Part shown: positions 34,643 to 45,120 of the stretch, in pieces
Position numbering within the stretch: the stretch's first letter is position 1
How the letters are laid out: every line of letters starts with the position of its first letter
DNA from: an uncultured delta proteobacterium
GTDB taxonomy: Bacteria > Myxococcota_A > Polyangia > Fen-1088
Assembly (NCBI GenBank): GCA_963755125.1
Contig: CAVWIP010000014.1
Span: 134,431 to 198,430 of the forward strand
Reading direction: 5' to 3'
DNA: 64,000 nucleotides
The notes under the pieces: model-generated
Databases searched by the model: none
Told to the model about the DNA's origin: nothing
Seen by the model: only the letters and a program-made list of their open reading frames with translations
Translations under genes and position numbers: made by a program

Positions 34643-36004
34643 TTGCCATCCGACAACCATCACGATTTCGTCATCCTCGGCGGGGGAATGGCAGGCTTGA
34701 CCTTTGCGCTGGAAGCCAGCCGGCGTGGCCGGCGGGTCGTGCTGCTGGAAAGTGAAGATCAGGTTGGCGGCCTGGCGCGCACCCTGCGTTTCGGCGAGTT
34801 CCGCTTCGACATTGGCGGTCACCGCTTCCACAGCGGATGGCCCGAGATCACGCAGTGGGTGCTGGACGTGCTGGACGGCGACGCGCGTGAGGTGCCTCGG
34901 CGCAGCCGCATCCGGCTCGACGGCCGCTTCGTGGACTACCCGCTGCGCTTTCCCAACGCCTTGGCCGCGTTCAATCCATGGCAGGTCACGCGCATCCTGG
35001 CCAGCTATTTCTGGGCGACGCTGATGCGGCTGCGCGAGCGGCCCGATGTTTCCTTCGAGGACTGGATCGTGCGGCGTTTCGGGCGCTCGCTCTACAACAT
35101 CTACTTCAAGCCCTACACCGAGAAGGTCTGGGGTTTTCCCTGCGCCGACCTGTCTGCTGACTGGGCCGCGCAGCGCATTCGTCTGCCCAGCCTGCGCGCC
35201 GCCGTGGTGGGGAGCATGCTGCGACGGGGGCCGGCGCCGTCCACGCTGGTATCGCAGTTCCTGTATCCGCCGCAGGGTATCGGCGTTCTGCCCGAGCGCA
35301 TTGCGGAGAAGGCGCGGCAGACTGGCCTGGCGACCATCCGCCTCGGCAACCGAGTCACCCGCGCGGAGCCCGACGGCGCCGGCTGGCGAGTGATGTTCCG
35401 CGGGCCCGCGGGCGAGGCGGCAGTCAGCGGTGCGAAGCTGGTGTCCACGATTCCCCTGGAGGCGCTGCTGGGCATGTTGCCCATGTCCGAGGCGGAAGCC
35501 GACGTGCTGTCCACCGGGCTGCCCTACCGCAGCCTGGCTTGCGTGTTCCTGGCGGCCGACGGTCCGCGCATCAGCGACGACACCTGGACCTATTTCCCGG
35601 ATCGCCACCTGGTATTTGGGCGCACGCACGAGCCGGGCAACTGGAGCCCCGGCATGGTGCCCGAGGGCAAGACCTCGTTGTGCGTCGAGATTTTTTGTTC
35701 ACAGGGCGACGAGGTGTGGCGCCGGCGCGACCAAGATGTGATTGAGCCGGTGCTGGCGGACCTGGATCGTTTGCGTTTCTTGCCGCGCGGTCGGGTGCGC
35801 GACGCGTGGCTGCTGCGCGTGTCGCACGCCTATCCCGTGTACCGCGTGGGCTACGCGGAGCACCGATCGCGCGTCAGTTCAGCACTCTCCCGCTGGCCAA
35901 GCCTGCACCTTCTCGGCCGGACCGGGACGTTCCGCTACCTCAACCTCGATGCGGTGATCCGCGAAGGCTTGGACTTGGCGGGATCGCTGTGCCAAGGCCC
36001 ATGA
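34643..36004 (+). CDS. FAD-dependent oxidoreductase (UDP-galactopyranose mutase/protoporphyrinogen oxidase-like)
   Basis: GGGMAG; FDIGGHRF; PYTEKVWG; WAAQRI; AYPVY; GRTGTFRY. Confidence 0.8.
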   Translation: MPSDNHHDFVILGGGMAGLTFALEASRRGRRVVLLESEDQVGGLARTLRFGEFRFDIGGHRFHSGWPEITQWVLDVLDGDAREVPRRSRIRLDGRFVDYPLRFPNALAAFNPWQVTRILASYFWATLMRLRERPDVSFEDWIVRRFGRSLYNIYFKPYTEKVWGFPCADLSADWAAQRIRLPSLRAAVVGSMLRRGPAPSTLVSQFLYPPQGIGVLPERIAEKARQTGLATIRLGNRVTRAEPDGAGWRVMFRGPAGEAAVSGAKLVSTIPLEALLGMLPMSEAEADVLSTGLPYRSLACVFLAADGPRISDDTWTYFPDRHLVFGRTHEPGNWSPGMVPEGKTSLCVEIFCSQGDEVWRRRDQDVIEPVLADLDRLRFLPRGRVRDAWLLRVSHAYPVYRVGYAEHRSRVSSALSRWPSLHLLGRTGTFRYLNLDAVIREGLDLAGSLCQGP

Positions 36005-37482
36005 TCGCGCGCGAGCAGACCGCGGTTCGCAACGTCGGCCTGCTGCTGGTGCTGCGCGGTCTGTTGATCGCCGGTGGCGTGGTGGTCGCCGCAGTGGTGC
36101 CGCGCCTGATGGGGCCCACCGGCTACGGCCAGGTTGCGCTGCTGGTGGCGTTGAGCTTCTGGTTCACGCTGACCGCCAGCTTGGGGTTCACCCAGGTGAT
36201 CGGCCGCCACGTGCCCCAGTTTGGCCAGACGGGTGATGACGCTGGTCTGCGCGACTTCTTCGGGCGCCTGCTGGCCATCCGCCTGGTGGCAGGGTTGCTG
36301 GCAGCCGGGCTGTACCTGGCCGTCACCGCCACATGGCTGCGCGATCTGGATGCGCTGGCCATGGCCATTCTCGCGCTGGCCGTGTTCGTGCGCGCGCCGG
36401 CTGGCCTGTTCTTTTCTCTCTACCTGGGGCTCAACCAAGCGGCGCGCTGGGGTGTCGCGGATATCGTGCGGCAGTGGGGGACCTTGGCGTTCATGTTGCC
36501 TGGCTATCTTGTGGCCGGGTTGCGCGGCGCTGCTGCGGGCGTGCTGCTGGCCGAACTGGTGGTGCTGCTGGTGGGGATCATCGGGGCGCGCTGCTATCTG
36601 ACCTGGGCGGCCTTTCGCATCGACCTGAACGGCATGGCGCCCTACCTGCGCTTTGGACTCATCTTCTACGTCAGCGATCTGGTTCTGGCAGCGTTCGAGC
36701 GCAGCGGCGAGGCCTTGGTGCGCGCCCGGTGCGGCGACTACGCCCAGGTGGGATTCTTCGGCGTGGGCTACTCGGCCTATGTGACAGCGGCAGTGGGGAT
36801 TCCGCAGATCGCGCTAGCGTTTGCCCCGCTTCTCACCGTGCTGCGGATGGAAGGCGACCGGGCCGCGGTTCGCCTGTGGATCGAGCGCTTGCTCAAGTGG
36901 CTGGCGCTGGGGAGCGTGACCGTGGTGCTGGCGGCTGTGCTGGTCGGTGGCGATCTCGTGCCCCGGATACTGGGCGCCGTGTATCGGCCGGTGTCCGCGA
37001 ACCTGATCTTGCTGGCCATCGGCCTGGTGGCACTGTCGCTGACCAGTGTGGCCAATCTGTCGGCGCTGACCCACGATCGGCCAGCGGTGGCCCTGGTTGC
37101 GGCTGTGTTGCGACTGGGAAGCTTCTGGTTGCTCGGCCTGTCGTTTGTCGGCCGCTGGGGAAGCTGGGGCGCGAGCCTGGCCGTGCTGGGCGCCGTGGCC
37201 GCGCAGGCCGGGTTCTTCACCTGGCGCATGCGACGGGTGGTGGGCTATTCGCTGCGCACTTGGCTTTGGGTGGTGGGACTGGGCGCGATCTTCCTGCCGC
37301 TCGCGCTGCTGCGATCATCGCCCGCGGTCAATGCCTCCTTGTTCGGCGCGTTCGTGGTGGGCTACGGCGGTCTGCTCTTCTTGCTTCGCCTGGTCACCCC
37401 GGGCGAGTTGGGTGTCATGTGGCGAGCGGTGGTGGGCGTGCCCGGGTCGAGCCTGGCGGCATCCGACGGAGAGACGCGGTGA
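36001..37482 (+). CDS. Wzx/MOP-type oligosaccharide flippase
   Basis: About 12-14 hydrophobic segments; PRLMGPTGYG; QVGFF; ATGA overlap with the upstream gene. Confidence 0.75.
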   Translation: MIAREQTAVRNVGLLLVLRGLLIAGGVVVAAVVPRLMGPTGYGQVALLVALSFWFTLTASLGFTQVIGRHVPQFGQTGDDAGLRDFFGRLLAIRLVAGLLAAGLYLAVTATWLRDLDALAMAILALAVFVRAPAGLFFSLYLGLNQAARWGVADIVRQWGTLAFMLPGYLVAGLRGAAAGVLLAELVVLLVGIIGARCYLTWAAFRIDLNGMAPYLRFGLIFYVSDLVLAAFERSGEALVRARCGDYAQVGFFGVGYSAYVTAAVGIPQIALAFAPLLTVLRMEGDRAAVRLWIERLLKWLALGSVTVVLAAVLVGGDLVPRILGAVYRPVSANLILLAIGLVALSLTSVANLSALTHDRPAVALVAAVLRLGSFWLLGLSFVGRWGSWGASLAVLGAVAAQAGFFTWRMRRVVGYSLRTWLWVVGLGAIFLPLALLRSSPAVNASLFGAFVVGYGGLLFLLRLVTPGELGVMWRAVVGVPGSSLAASDGETR

Positions 37483-38546
37483 TGCCGACGGCGGCGTCTG
37501 GACAGCAGGGGATGCGGCTGTCGGTCATCGTTCCGGTCCACAACGGCGGCGAAGGTCTGCGGCGCTGTCTGCAGGGCCTGGCGGCCTCGACCCGCCCGCC
37601 CGACGAGGTCATCGCGGTTGACGACGGTTCGACCGATGCTTCGGCTGCGGACGCGGCTGCACTGGGCGCGCGGGTGCTGACCACAGGGACCGGCCCGCGC
37701 GGTCCGGCGTTCGCGCGCAACCGCGGGGCCGAGGCGGCCAGCGGCGACGGGCTGGTATTCATCGACGCCGACGTGGTTGTGCATGCGGATACCCTGGCCC
37801 GCATGGAGGCGGTTTTTCTCGGCGAGCCCGACGTGGCGGCGCTCTTCGGCAGCTACGACGACGATCCCCCGGAGCGCAGCGCTGCCAGTCTCTACAAGAA
37901 TCTGCTGCACCACTATGTGCACCAGCATGGCGAGCGCGAGGCCGGCACGTTCTGGGCCGGCTGCGGCGCTATCCGGCGCCCGGTGTTCTTGGCTGCCGGC
38001 GGATTCGACGAGGGCTACACCCGGCCCAGCATCGAGGACATCGAGCTGGGCGTGCGCCTGCGGCAGGCCGGCCACCGCATCCGTCTCTGCCCCGAGATCC
38101 AGGCGACCCACCTCAAACGGTGGACTCCGAGCAGCCTCTGGCGCACCGACATCTTCGCCCGCGCGATTCCCTGGACGCGGCTCATTCTGCGCCAGGGGCG
38201 CTTGTTCTCCGATCTTAACCTCGACTGGCGCAGCCGCCTGAGTGCTCTGACGGTGTGGGCGTTGCTCGCCTGCGCGCTGCTCGTTCCTGTGCTCGCGCTT
38301 GTCGGGCCCGCCCGGATGGCGGCGTGGCCGGCGCTGGGTGGTTTGCTCTCAGCCGCGGGAACGGCGGCGCTCAACGCCGACCTCTACGCATTCTTTCTCC
38401 GGCGCGGCGGCGTGCGCTTCGCCTTGGTCGCGGCGGCGCTGCACGCGGGCTACCTGCTCTACAGCAGCCTGGTGTTCGCCAGCCTGTTGGTCAGCCAGCG
38501 ATTGCGCGGTAGTGTGCGGCGTCCTCGTGAGCCGACCATCACATAA
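37482..38546 (+). CDS. GT2 glycosyltransferase with C-terminal TM helices
   Basis: VIVPVHN; VDDGSTD; ARNRG; FIDAD; IEDIE. Confidence 0.9.
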   Translation: MPTAASGQQGMRLSVIVPVHNGGEGLRRCLQGLAASTRPPDEVIAVDDGSTDASAADAAALGARVLTTGTGPRGPAFARNRGAEAASGDGLVFIDADVVVHADTLARMEAVFLGEPDVAALFGSYDDDPPERSAASLYKNLLHHYVHQHGEREAGTFWAGCGAIRRPVFLAAGGFDEGYTRPSIEDIELGVRLRQAGHRIRLCPEIQATHLKRWTPSSLWRTDIFARAIPWTRLILRQGRLFSDLNLDWRSRLSALTVWALLACALLVPVLALVGPARMAAWPALGGLLSAAGTAALNADLYAFFLRRGGVRFALVAAALHAGYLLYSSLVFASLLVSQRLRGSVRRPREPTIT

Positions 38547-40248
38547 GCGTGCGCAAGGTCGTCGCGGGTCGTCCTTGGAACCCCTGGCGCGCTCAGCGGC
38601 TGGCGGAAGTCGCGTGCGGGCGGCGCTGGCCCGCACCCGCGTGCAGGCGGCTCTGATCTTCCTGCTGCTGCTCGCCGCGTATCTGGCTAACGGTGATGTT
38701 CTGGTCGGTAACGACGCCGTAGCCAATGTGCGCATGGCCGGCAAGCTGGTCAGCAAACACAGGCTTGTCTTCACGCCCGAAGAAGATCCCTTCATGTTCG
38801 AGTGGCATCTGAAGACGCCCCAGGGTGAGCGGCATGCGCTGTTTCGCTCGTGGCGCTCCAGCCTGAACGGAGAGCCGATCCGGCGCGTGTACGAGCGCGG
38901 CGATTTGAGCGCGCCGGACCCGTACTACTACTTGATGAAGACACGCACTCCGGGTGTTTACGCCAACCGGTACGGGTTCGGCGCCAGCTTGGTTGCCGTG
39001 CCATTCGTCGCGGCGGTGTATCCGTTTGCTCGCGATCTCTACGACCGGCCCTCGGCGGACATTCTCTGGTTCACCAGCAAGGTCGCGGTGTCCTGTGCCG
39101 TGGCGGCCAGCGCGGTGCTGCTTTTTCTGGCTGCCTTGGCTTTCCTGCGGCCCGGGACGGCAGCCTGGCTGGCGCTGGCGTACGGCCTGGGCACTTGCGT
39201 GTGGAGTTCCAGCAGCCAGACACTGTGGCAGCACGGCCCGATGGAGTTCTTCCTGGCCCTGGGAACCTATTTCCTGCTGCAGCGGCAGCGTCCGCGCGCT
39301 GCGTACTGGGTGGGATTGAGCTACGCCATGGCTTTTGCCTGCCGGCCGACCGCGGCGATTGTCGTGGCGGCTGCTTGCATCTACTACCTGATGGTCGACC
39401 GGCGGGCGTTGCTTCTCTGTGTGGCTGGCGGCCTGCCGGTGGCGCTGCTGCTGGCGGCGTACAACCTGCACCTCTTCGGCACGCTGCTGGTTTTTGGCCA
39501 GGTGGACGTGGGTGGGGGCGCGACGGGCAGCGCGCAGATACCGGCAGCGGTTCCGCTGATTCCGGTGGCCATGGCAGCCCCTGTGGGCACGGCCGGCCGC
39601 TACTTCCACACATCGCTGCTGCGAGGGATCGGCGGGATCCTGGTCAGTCCCTCGCGCGGGCTACTCGTGTTCTCGCCCGTGGTGATCGCCGCCTTCTGGG
39701 GGTTGCTGCGCGTCTTCCGCGACAGGCGCTTCTCGGCCCTGCGACCAGTGGGCCTGGCGGCTGTGGCCCTGTGTCTGCTGGTGGCGCGCTGGACCGGGTG
39801 GTGGGGAGGCTGGTGTTACGGGCCTCGTCTGCTGACGGATGCCGTGACGTTGCTGGCCTTCCTGGCCATCCCGGTTGCGCAGGAGATTCGCAACCGCCGC
39901 GTGCTGGCCGCGACGTTCGGCATCTGCCTGGCCTGGGCGGTGGCGGTACAGATCGTGGGTGCGTTCGCCTACGACGTGGTGGGGTGGAACGACCGTACGC
40001 TTTTTGCGGTCAAGCTGCCGGAGAGCGAAAGGTTACTCTTGTTCACCGACCTGGACGAGGCCCGGCGCGAGACATGGGCCAGGGGCGGATCGATCGAGGA
40101 GCGAAGGGTCGATGTCAACCTGTGGCAGGGACAACCTCGTCTGTGGTCAATCCGCGACAGCCAGATTCTCTACTACGTCGAGCACTTTTTCGAAGCGCGC
40201 AAGCGCAAGCAGATCGCCACCCGGAAATTCCTGCTCGAGCGTGGTTAG
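38527..40248 (+). CDS. Polytopic GT-C-like membrane protein
   Basis: GND in first loop; SQTLWQH; CRP; SPSRGLLVFSP; WWGGWCYGPR. Start uncertain (38527-38641). Confidence 0.65.
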   Translation: MSRPSHKRAQGRRGSSLEPLARSAAGGSRVRAALARTRVQAALIFLLLLAAYLANGDVLVGNDAVANVRMAGKLVSKHRLVFTPEEDPFMFEWHLKTPQGERHALFRSWRSSLNGEPIRRVYERGDLSAPDPYYYLMKTRTPGVYANRYGFGASLVAVPFVAAVYPFARDLYDRPSADILWFTSKVAVSCAVAASAVLLFLAALAFLRPGTAAWLALAYGLGTCVWSSSSQTLWQHGPMEFFLALGTYFLLQRQRPRAAYWVGLSYAMAFACRPTAAIVVAAACIYYLMVDRRALLLCVAGGLPVALLLAAYNLHLFGTLLVFGQVDVGGGATGSAQIPAAVPLIPVAMAAPVGTAGRYFHTSLLRGIGGILVSPSRGLLVFSPVVIAAFWGLLRVFRDRRFSALRPVGLAAVALCLLVARWTGWWGGWCYGPRLLTDAVTLLAFLAIPVAQEIRNRRVLAATFGICLAWAVAVQIVGAFAYDVVGWNDRTLFAVKLPESERLLLFTDLDEARRETWARGGSIEERRVDVNLWQGQPRLWSIRDSQILYYVEHFFEARKRKQIATRKFLLERG

Positions 40249-41267
40249 TCCTTCTTGCGCAAGGATCTACCAGGGAACGCCGGGGTGATGGTGCTGATAT
40301 CCACACCCAGGGCCTGCAGGATGGTGGGCGTGATGTCCCGCTGCTCGCCCGCCGAAATCACCTGGGGATCGTTGCCGGCCAGGAAGATGTGGGTGGCCTT
40401 GCTGTGGTGGGTGGTTGCCACGTCAAAGCCGTGGTCGGCGGTCACGTACAGGGCGGTGCGGTCGTAGATTCCGTCGGTCTTGAGCTGGGCCACCAAGCGG
40501 CCCAGCCAGCCGTCGAGGGAGGACAGGGCGTCGTTGTATTCCTGGGAATCCTCGCCGAACTTGTGGCCGTTGACGTCGGCATCGCCAAAGTGGATGAAGA
40601 GGAAGAAGCGGCCCTTGGGGCCGAACTTGTCGATGACGGCAAGTGCCTTCTGTCCCACGGCGCGCGCGTCGCGGGGCAAGTCGCCGTCCCACGCCGTGAG
40701 GTTGCCCTTGACCAGGAAGAACGGCTGACCCAGCAGGTTCTGCTCACCGGCCAAGCGTATCTTCTCCACCCGGCGCGCCTGTTTTTCGTTCTCGTCGCTC
40801 GGCTGGTCGGAAACCGGGTTTGGCGCGTCTGCCTCGGTGGGAGGCTTGGGCGCGCCCGGGCCCAGACCCATGGCCTTGCCGGTTACCATGATGGTGGCGA
40901 TGTCCTTCTTGCCGAAAGCCTGCTGCAGCCGTTCGAAGATCGAGGTGCCGCGCGGGATGGGGCGGAAGCGGGTGTTGGAAAAGACGCCGGTGAAACTGGG
41001 ATCGTAGCCGGTCAGCATCTGCGCGTGCCCGGACTTGGTGTCGGTGACGTGGCCGGTGACCTCGATGTCCACCATGTTCCCTTCCTTAATCAGTTGCGCC
41101 AGGTTGGGCATCTGGTTGCGCTTCAGGCTGTCATTGATGTGTTCGCGCAAGGCCCCGTCCCACGAGATGAGAATGGCACTGCGCTGCCGGGGTGGCGTCG
41201 AAGCCTTGAACGCGGTGGCGCTGGCGAAAATGAGTAAGCCGAAGAGGAAACGGTTGCAACCGGACAT
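40245..41267 (-). CDS. Alkaline phosphatase superfamily protein (secreted)
   Basis: ISWDG; TDTKSGHAQMLTG; DADVNGH; TADHG. Confidence 0.85.
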   Translation of the reverse strand: MSGCNRFLFGLLIFASATAFKASTPPRQRSAILISWDGALREHINDSLKRNQMPNLAQLIKEGNMVDIEVTGHVTDTKSGHAQMLTGYDPSFTGVFSNTRFRPIPRGTSIFERLQQAFGKKDIATIMVTGKAMGLGPGAPKPPTEADAPNPVSDQPSDENEKQARRVEKIRLAGEQNLLGQPFFLVKGNLTAWDGDLPRDARAVGQKALAVIDKFGPKGRFFLFIHFGDADVNGHKFGEDSQEYNDALSSLDGWLGRLVAQLKTDGIYDRTALYVTADHGFDVATTHHSKATHIFLAGNDPQVISAGEQRDITPTILQALGVDISTITPAFPGRSLRKKD

Positions 41268-41337
41268 CGTGGCGACCTTCTAGCACCGAAATGCTTCCGA
41301 CTTGCACTTGCGCCTCGCTGGGCGTAGTCGTTTGTAC

Positions 41338-41868
41338 ATGACCAAGACACGAATGGCATTGACTCTTGCGGTAGCAATTTCAATCCTCGCGCCGTCGGCC
41401 TATGCGCTGGACCTGGGCGGCCTGGGCAAGAAGGCCGCGGGTGGCGCGGCCAGCGGAGCGCGCGACAAGGCGGTCAAGGACGTGAACGCCAAACTGCTCG
41501 CCGAGGGACGCAAGAACCAGTGCAGCTTCAAGACCGACAGCGACGAGCTTGCGCCTGGCTGCGACAAGAAGCTGAGGAAACTGGTCAACGCGCTGGTCGA
41601 GGCGAAGAAGCGGCTCAACCTGGCGGGCGTGACCAGCTTCAAGTTTGAAGTTTCCGGCCACACCGACTCGAGCGGCAAGCCGGAGCACAACAAGGAACTG
41701 TCGGGCAAGCGCGCTGCCGTGATCGAGCGCGAACTGCTGGCGCGCGGGATCGCCAAGAGCGAGATCGTGGCCATCGGCATGGGCTCGGAGCGCCCGCTGG
41801 TCACGCCCGACAACACGCCGGCCAAGAAGGCGAAGAACCGGCGCTACGAGATCCAGGTGCGCTTCTGA
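41338..41868 (+). CDS. OmpA-like peptidoglycan-binding protein
   Basis: Signal peptide; GHTD...LSGKRA...GSERP...NRR. Confidence 0.88.
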   Translation: MTKTRMALTLAVAISILAPSAYALDLGGLGKKAAGGAASGARDKAVKDVNAKLLAEGRKNQCSFKTDSDELAPGCDKKLRKLVNALVEAKKRLNLAGVTSFKFEVSGHTDSSGKPEHNKELSGKRAAVIERELLARGIAKSEIVAIGMGSERPLVTPDNTPAKKAKNRRYEIQVRF

Positions 41869-41906
41869 TCGGTTGCAGTGACGATATTGGTTTCTCCTTG
41901 CGTCCC

Positions 41907-42704
41907 ATGAACCGTTGTATTGTGTTTGTCGTATTTGCGTGCGTTGCGGGGCGCGTGCCCCTTGCGCGCGCGGAGGAAAAGCCCGACAAGATTGCTGACA
42001 AGAAGTCCAATGCCGAGGCTCGTCGCGCCTACGAGGATGGCACGAAGTTCTACAACCTTGGTGATTTCGATCGCGCGATCTCGAACTACAAGAAGGCCTT
42101 CGAGATCAAACCCGAGCCGGTCTTTCTCTACAACATCGCCCAAGCCTATCGTCTGAAGGGCGATCTGCAGCAGGCCATGTTCTTCTACAAATCGTACCTG
42201 AGAACCTCGCCCGACGCTGACAACCGCGCCGAGGTCGAAGGACGTATCAAGGAGATGGATGCCCTGTTGGCCAAACAAAAGGCCACGATAGCCCAACCGC
42301 CCAACGACATCGTCGAGCCGTCTGGAAAGAAACCCAACGCGGCCAGCAAGTCGGATGCTGGACGCTTCGATGGCGCATGGGATGTCGTCGTGGCGTGCCC
42401 TCCGCAGCAAGGCGCCCTTGGCTACAGCTTCGAATTTGTCTGCTACGTGAAGGAAGGCGTTCTTCACGGGCAGTATGGCACGGAGGGCGTAGCACCCTGT
42501 CTCACGCTCGACGGAAGAATCAACCCCGACGGAGAAGCCATCATCAGGGCGAACGGCCTGACCGGTGACCCGAGATACACCATAAATAACAACAAGAAAG
42601 GCGGGCCCTATTCATACAATATAGACGCAAGCTTCTCGGGTTCCCGAGGCACTGGCAAACGGATCGGCTATCGTGTTTGCAATGTCACATTTGTGAAGCG
42701 GTGA
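41907..42704 (+). CDS. Secreted TPR protein with C-terminal beta domain
   Basis: Signal peptide; FDRAISNYKKAF...LYNIAQAY TPR pattern. Confidence 0.75.
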   Translation: MNRCIVFVVFACVAGRVPLARAEEKPDKIADKKSNAEARRAYEDGTKFYNLGDFDRAISNYKKAFEIKPEPVFLYNIAQAYRLKGDLQQAMFFYKSYLRTSPDADNRAEVEGRIKEMDALLAKQKATIAQPPNDIVEPSGKKPNAASKSDAGRFDGAWDVVVACPPQQGALGYSFEFVCYVKEGVLHGQYGTEGVAPCLTLDGRINPDGEAIIRANGLTGDPRYTINNNKKGGPYSYNIDASFSGSRGTGKRIGYRVCNVTFVKR

Positions 42705-42731
42705 CCCCACGGCGAACCCGACGCCAACCGG

Positions 42732-43772
42732 TCAGACGGCCTCTCTGTAGTGAATCTCGCTCAATTCCCGCAGGCGATCCGCCGCCTGTTCGGGGGTCAG
42801 ATCGCGCTGGGGCATGGCGAGCATTTCAAAGCCGACCAGGAACTTGCGCACGGCGGAACTGCGGAGCAGGGGAGGGAAGACGTGCATGTGAAGCTGGAAA
42901 TCACCAGCGGCTTCCGTCTTGGGGGCTTGGTGAAAGCCCATGGAATAGGGGAAGCTGCACTGGAAGAGGTTGTCGTAGCGAATGGTCAAGCGCTTCAGCA
43001 GATCGGCAAGGGCGTCGATCTCTCCGTCGGTGAGATCCGTCAGACGTCCTGCGAGCCGGTGGGGCAGCACCAGCGTCTCGAAGGGCCAGACAGCCCAATA
43101 GGGCACGAGCGCGGTGAAATGCTGGTTGGCGCAGACGATGCGCTCCTGCCGCTGCCGCTCCTGCACCAGATAGTCCAGCAGGAGTGAGGAACCCTGGCGC
43201 TCGCGGTACGAGCGTTGATGCGCGAGTTCCTTGTCGACCTCGTTGGGCAGGTGTGAAGTGGCCCAGATCTGACTGTGGGGGTGAGGATTGGAGCAGCCCA
43301 TCAGCTCGCCCTTGTTCTCGAAGACCTGGACATGGTTGACGGTGGGATCGGCCAGCAACAGGCGAGTCTGATCCGTCCACGTGCGGATCACCGAGGCGAT
43401 CTCTGGGACAGTCAGTTCTGGCAGGCTGAGATCATGGCGCGGGTGAAAGCACACCACCCGGCAGCGGCCTGGCTCTCCCTCGCTGCGGAACAGGGGACTC
43501 GACTCGCCGGGAAAAGCGGCAGCCTCGGGCAACAGCGCAGCGAAATCGTTGTCAAAGACAAACGTGCCCTGGTAGGCGGGATTTCGCTCGGACCCCGCGC
43601 GCATGTTGCCAGGACAGAGGTAGCAGTTGGGATCGTACCGGGGGCGCTGATTTTCGGGTAGGCGCTCCACCTTCCCTTGCCACGGCCGCAGCAGGCGGTG
43701 CGGCGATACCAGCACCCATTCACCGGTGAGAGGATTGAAACGGCGGTGGGGATACTGACTGGGTTCCGTCAC
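42732..43772 (-). CDS. galT: Galactose-1-phosphate uridylyltransferase
   Basis: HRRFNPL; RPWQG; CYLCP; [10 protein letters not shown]; GTGA overlap with galK. Confidence 0.95.
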   Translation of the reverse strand: MTEPSQYPHRRFNPLTGEWVLVSPHRLLRPWQGKVERLPENQRPRYDPNCYLCPGNMRAGSERNPAYQGTFVFDNDFAALLPEAAAFPGESSPLFRSEGEPGRCRVVCFHPRHDLSLPELTVPEIASVIRTWTDQTRLLLADPTVNHVQVFENKGELMGCSNPHPHSQIWATSHLPNEVDKELAHQRSYRERQGSSLLLDYLVQERQRQERIVCANQHFTALVPYWAVWPFETLVLPHRLAGRLTDLTDGEIDALADLLKRLTIRYDNLFQCSFPYSMGFHQAPKTEAAGDFQLHMHVFPPLLRSSAVRKFLVGFEMLAMPQRDLTPEQAADRLRELSEIHYREAV

Positions 43773-44947
43773 AGTCGTTCCGTTCCGCCATGGGGGGCGC
43801 ACGCGTGGATCTTTGGGGTCTTGCCGATCTTGGCAAAGGCCGGAGCCATGCCTTCGACGAATGCCCTTCCCTGGCCAGCTTGCACGAGGTTGATGGTGCA
43901 TCCTCCGAAGCCGGCGCCCATCATGCGCGCACCCAGCACGCCGGGAAGTGCGGCAGCGGCTTCCGCCAGCACGTCGAGCTCGGGGCAACTCACTTCGTAA
44001 TGCTTGGAAAGCCCCTGGTGGCTCGCATTCATCAGGCGACCGAAGGCCGGCAGATCCTCGCGCTCCAGGGCCTCGCAGCCGGCGATGACCCGCAAATTCT
44101 CCTCGATCACGTAACGGCAGCGACGGTAGACGACGGGATCGAAGTCCGCGCGATGGGCGTCCAGCAGGTCCAGACTCACGTCGCGAAGACTTTGGACATT
44201 CGGGGCATGTTCTTGCAACAACGCCACACCGGCTTCGCACTGGCTCCGGCGTTGGTTGTAGCCACTGTCGGCCAGGGCACGCTCCACCTGGGTGTCGCAG
44301 AGGAAGATCTTCACTGAGCGATGAAAGGGCACGAACCGGCAGGTGAAATTCTGGCAATCCAGCATCATCACGTGATCCTTCTGGCTCATCAGGCTTGCCA
44401 TCTGGTCCATTATGCCGCACTTGACGCCGACGAAGTTGTGCTCTGCCGCCTGAGACAGTTTGGCCATGGTCAGCCGGTCGAGACCCAGGCCAAACAACTC
44501 GTTCAGGGAAAAGGCGAAACCGCACTCCAGGGCGGCGCTGCTGCTCATGCCGGCGCCTATGGGAAGATCGCCGCCGTACACCAGTTCGAAGCCGCCCAGT
44601 GGATGTCCCGCCCTTTGCAGTTGATCCAGGACGCCCAGCAGATAGTTGGGCCAGCGCTCGGGATGGGGAGCCAATTGCCCAAGATCCCCTTCGAGCCGTC
44701 GACCGAGATCCAAAGCGTGCAGGACGTAGCGACGATCGGAACGGGCTTTGACTGCCAAGGCGATCCCGCGATCCACCGCGGCGGGCAGCACGAAACCATG
44801 GTTGTAGTCGGTGTGCTCTCCGATGAGGTTCACCCGGCCGGGGGAGCGTACGACCACCGCTGGCTCGCCGAATTGCTGACGGAAGCTTGCGAGGACTGGA
44901 ACGTGGAATTCCACGTGGTCAGTGAGGCCGAGGCCAAGATGTTGCAT
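43769..44947 (-). CDS. galK: Galactokinase
   Basis: [14 protein letters not shown]; [10 protein letters not shown]; CGIMDQ; GAGFGG. Confidence 0.96.
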   Translation of the reverse strand: MQHLGLGLTDHVEFHVPVLASFRQQFGEPAVVVRSPGRVNLIGEHTDYNHGFVLPAAVDRGIALAVKARSDRRYVLHALDLGRRLEGDLGQLAPHPERWPNYLLGVLDQLQRAGHPLGGFELVYGGDLPIGAGMSSSAALECGFAFSLNELFGLGLDRLTMAKLSQAAEHNFVGVKCGIMDQMASLMSQKDHVMMLDCQNFTCRFVPFHRSVKIFLCDTQVERALADSGYNQRRSQCEAGVALLQEHAPNVQSLRDVSLDLLDAHRADFDPVVYRRCRYVIEENLRVIAGCEALEREDLPAFGRLMNASHQGLSKHYEVSCPELDVLAEAAAALPGVLGARMMGAGFGGCTINLVQAGQGRAFVEGMAPAFAKIGKTPKIHACAPHGGTERL

Positions 44948-45120
44948 GGTTGGCTCAGGGAAAGGCCCTGAATAGCACGGGCTAGCGAGAGCGCCAAGGC
45001 GAGCGGGGCCTGTCCGACGGTCAGGGCGGCGCGTGCGTGGTCATCCGGCGCCAGGCTCGGCGTGGTTGGGCGGCAAGCCCTAATGGGCAAAGGGAGAAGG
45101 CGGGCGCGCGGCCCCGTCGT

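Noticed and set aside
32660-35629. 989-aa NrdJ with a long N-terminal extension
   Set aside because: The extension is the antisense of the 34643-36004 gene; RNR similarity starts near 34495.
36333-37481. Extended N-termini of the GT2, galT (to 44525), hydF (from 8690) and lactonase (to 48030) ORFs
   Set aside because: They overlap other well-supported genes; coupled or signal-peptide-bearing internal starts fit better.
38850-41237. 795-aa plus-strand ORF
   Set aside because: Alternative frame of the GT-C gene and antisense of the phosphatase; no recognisable motifs.
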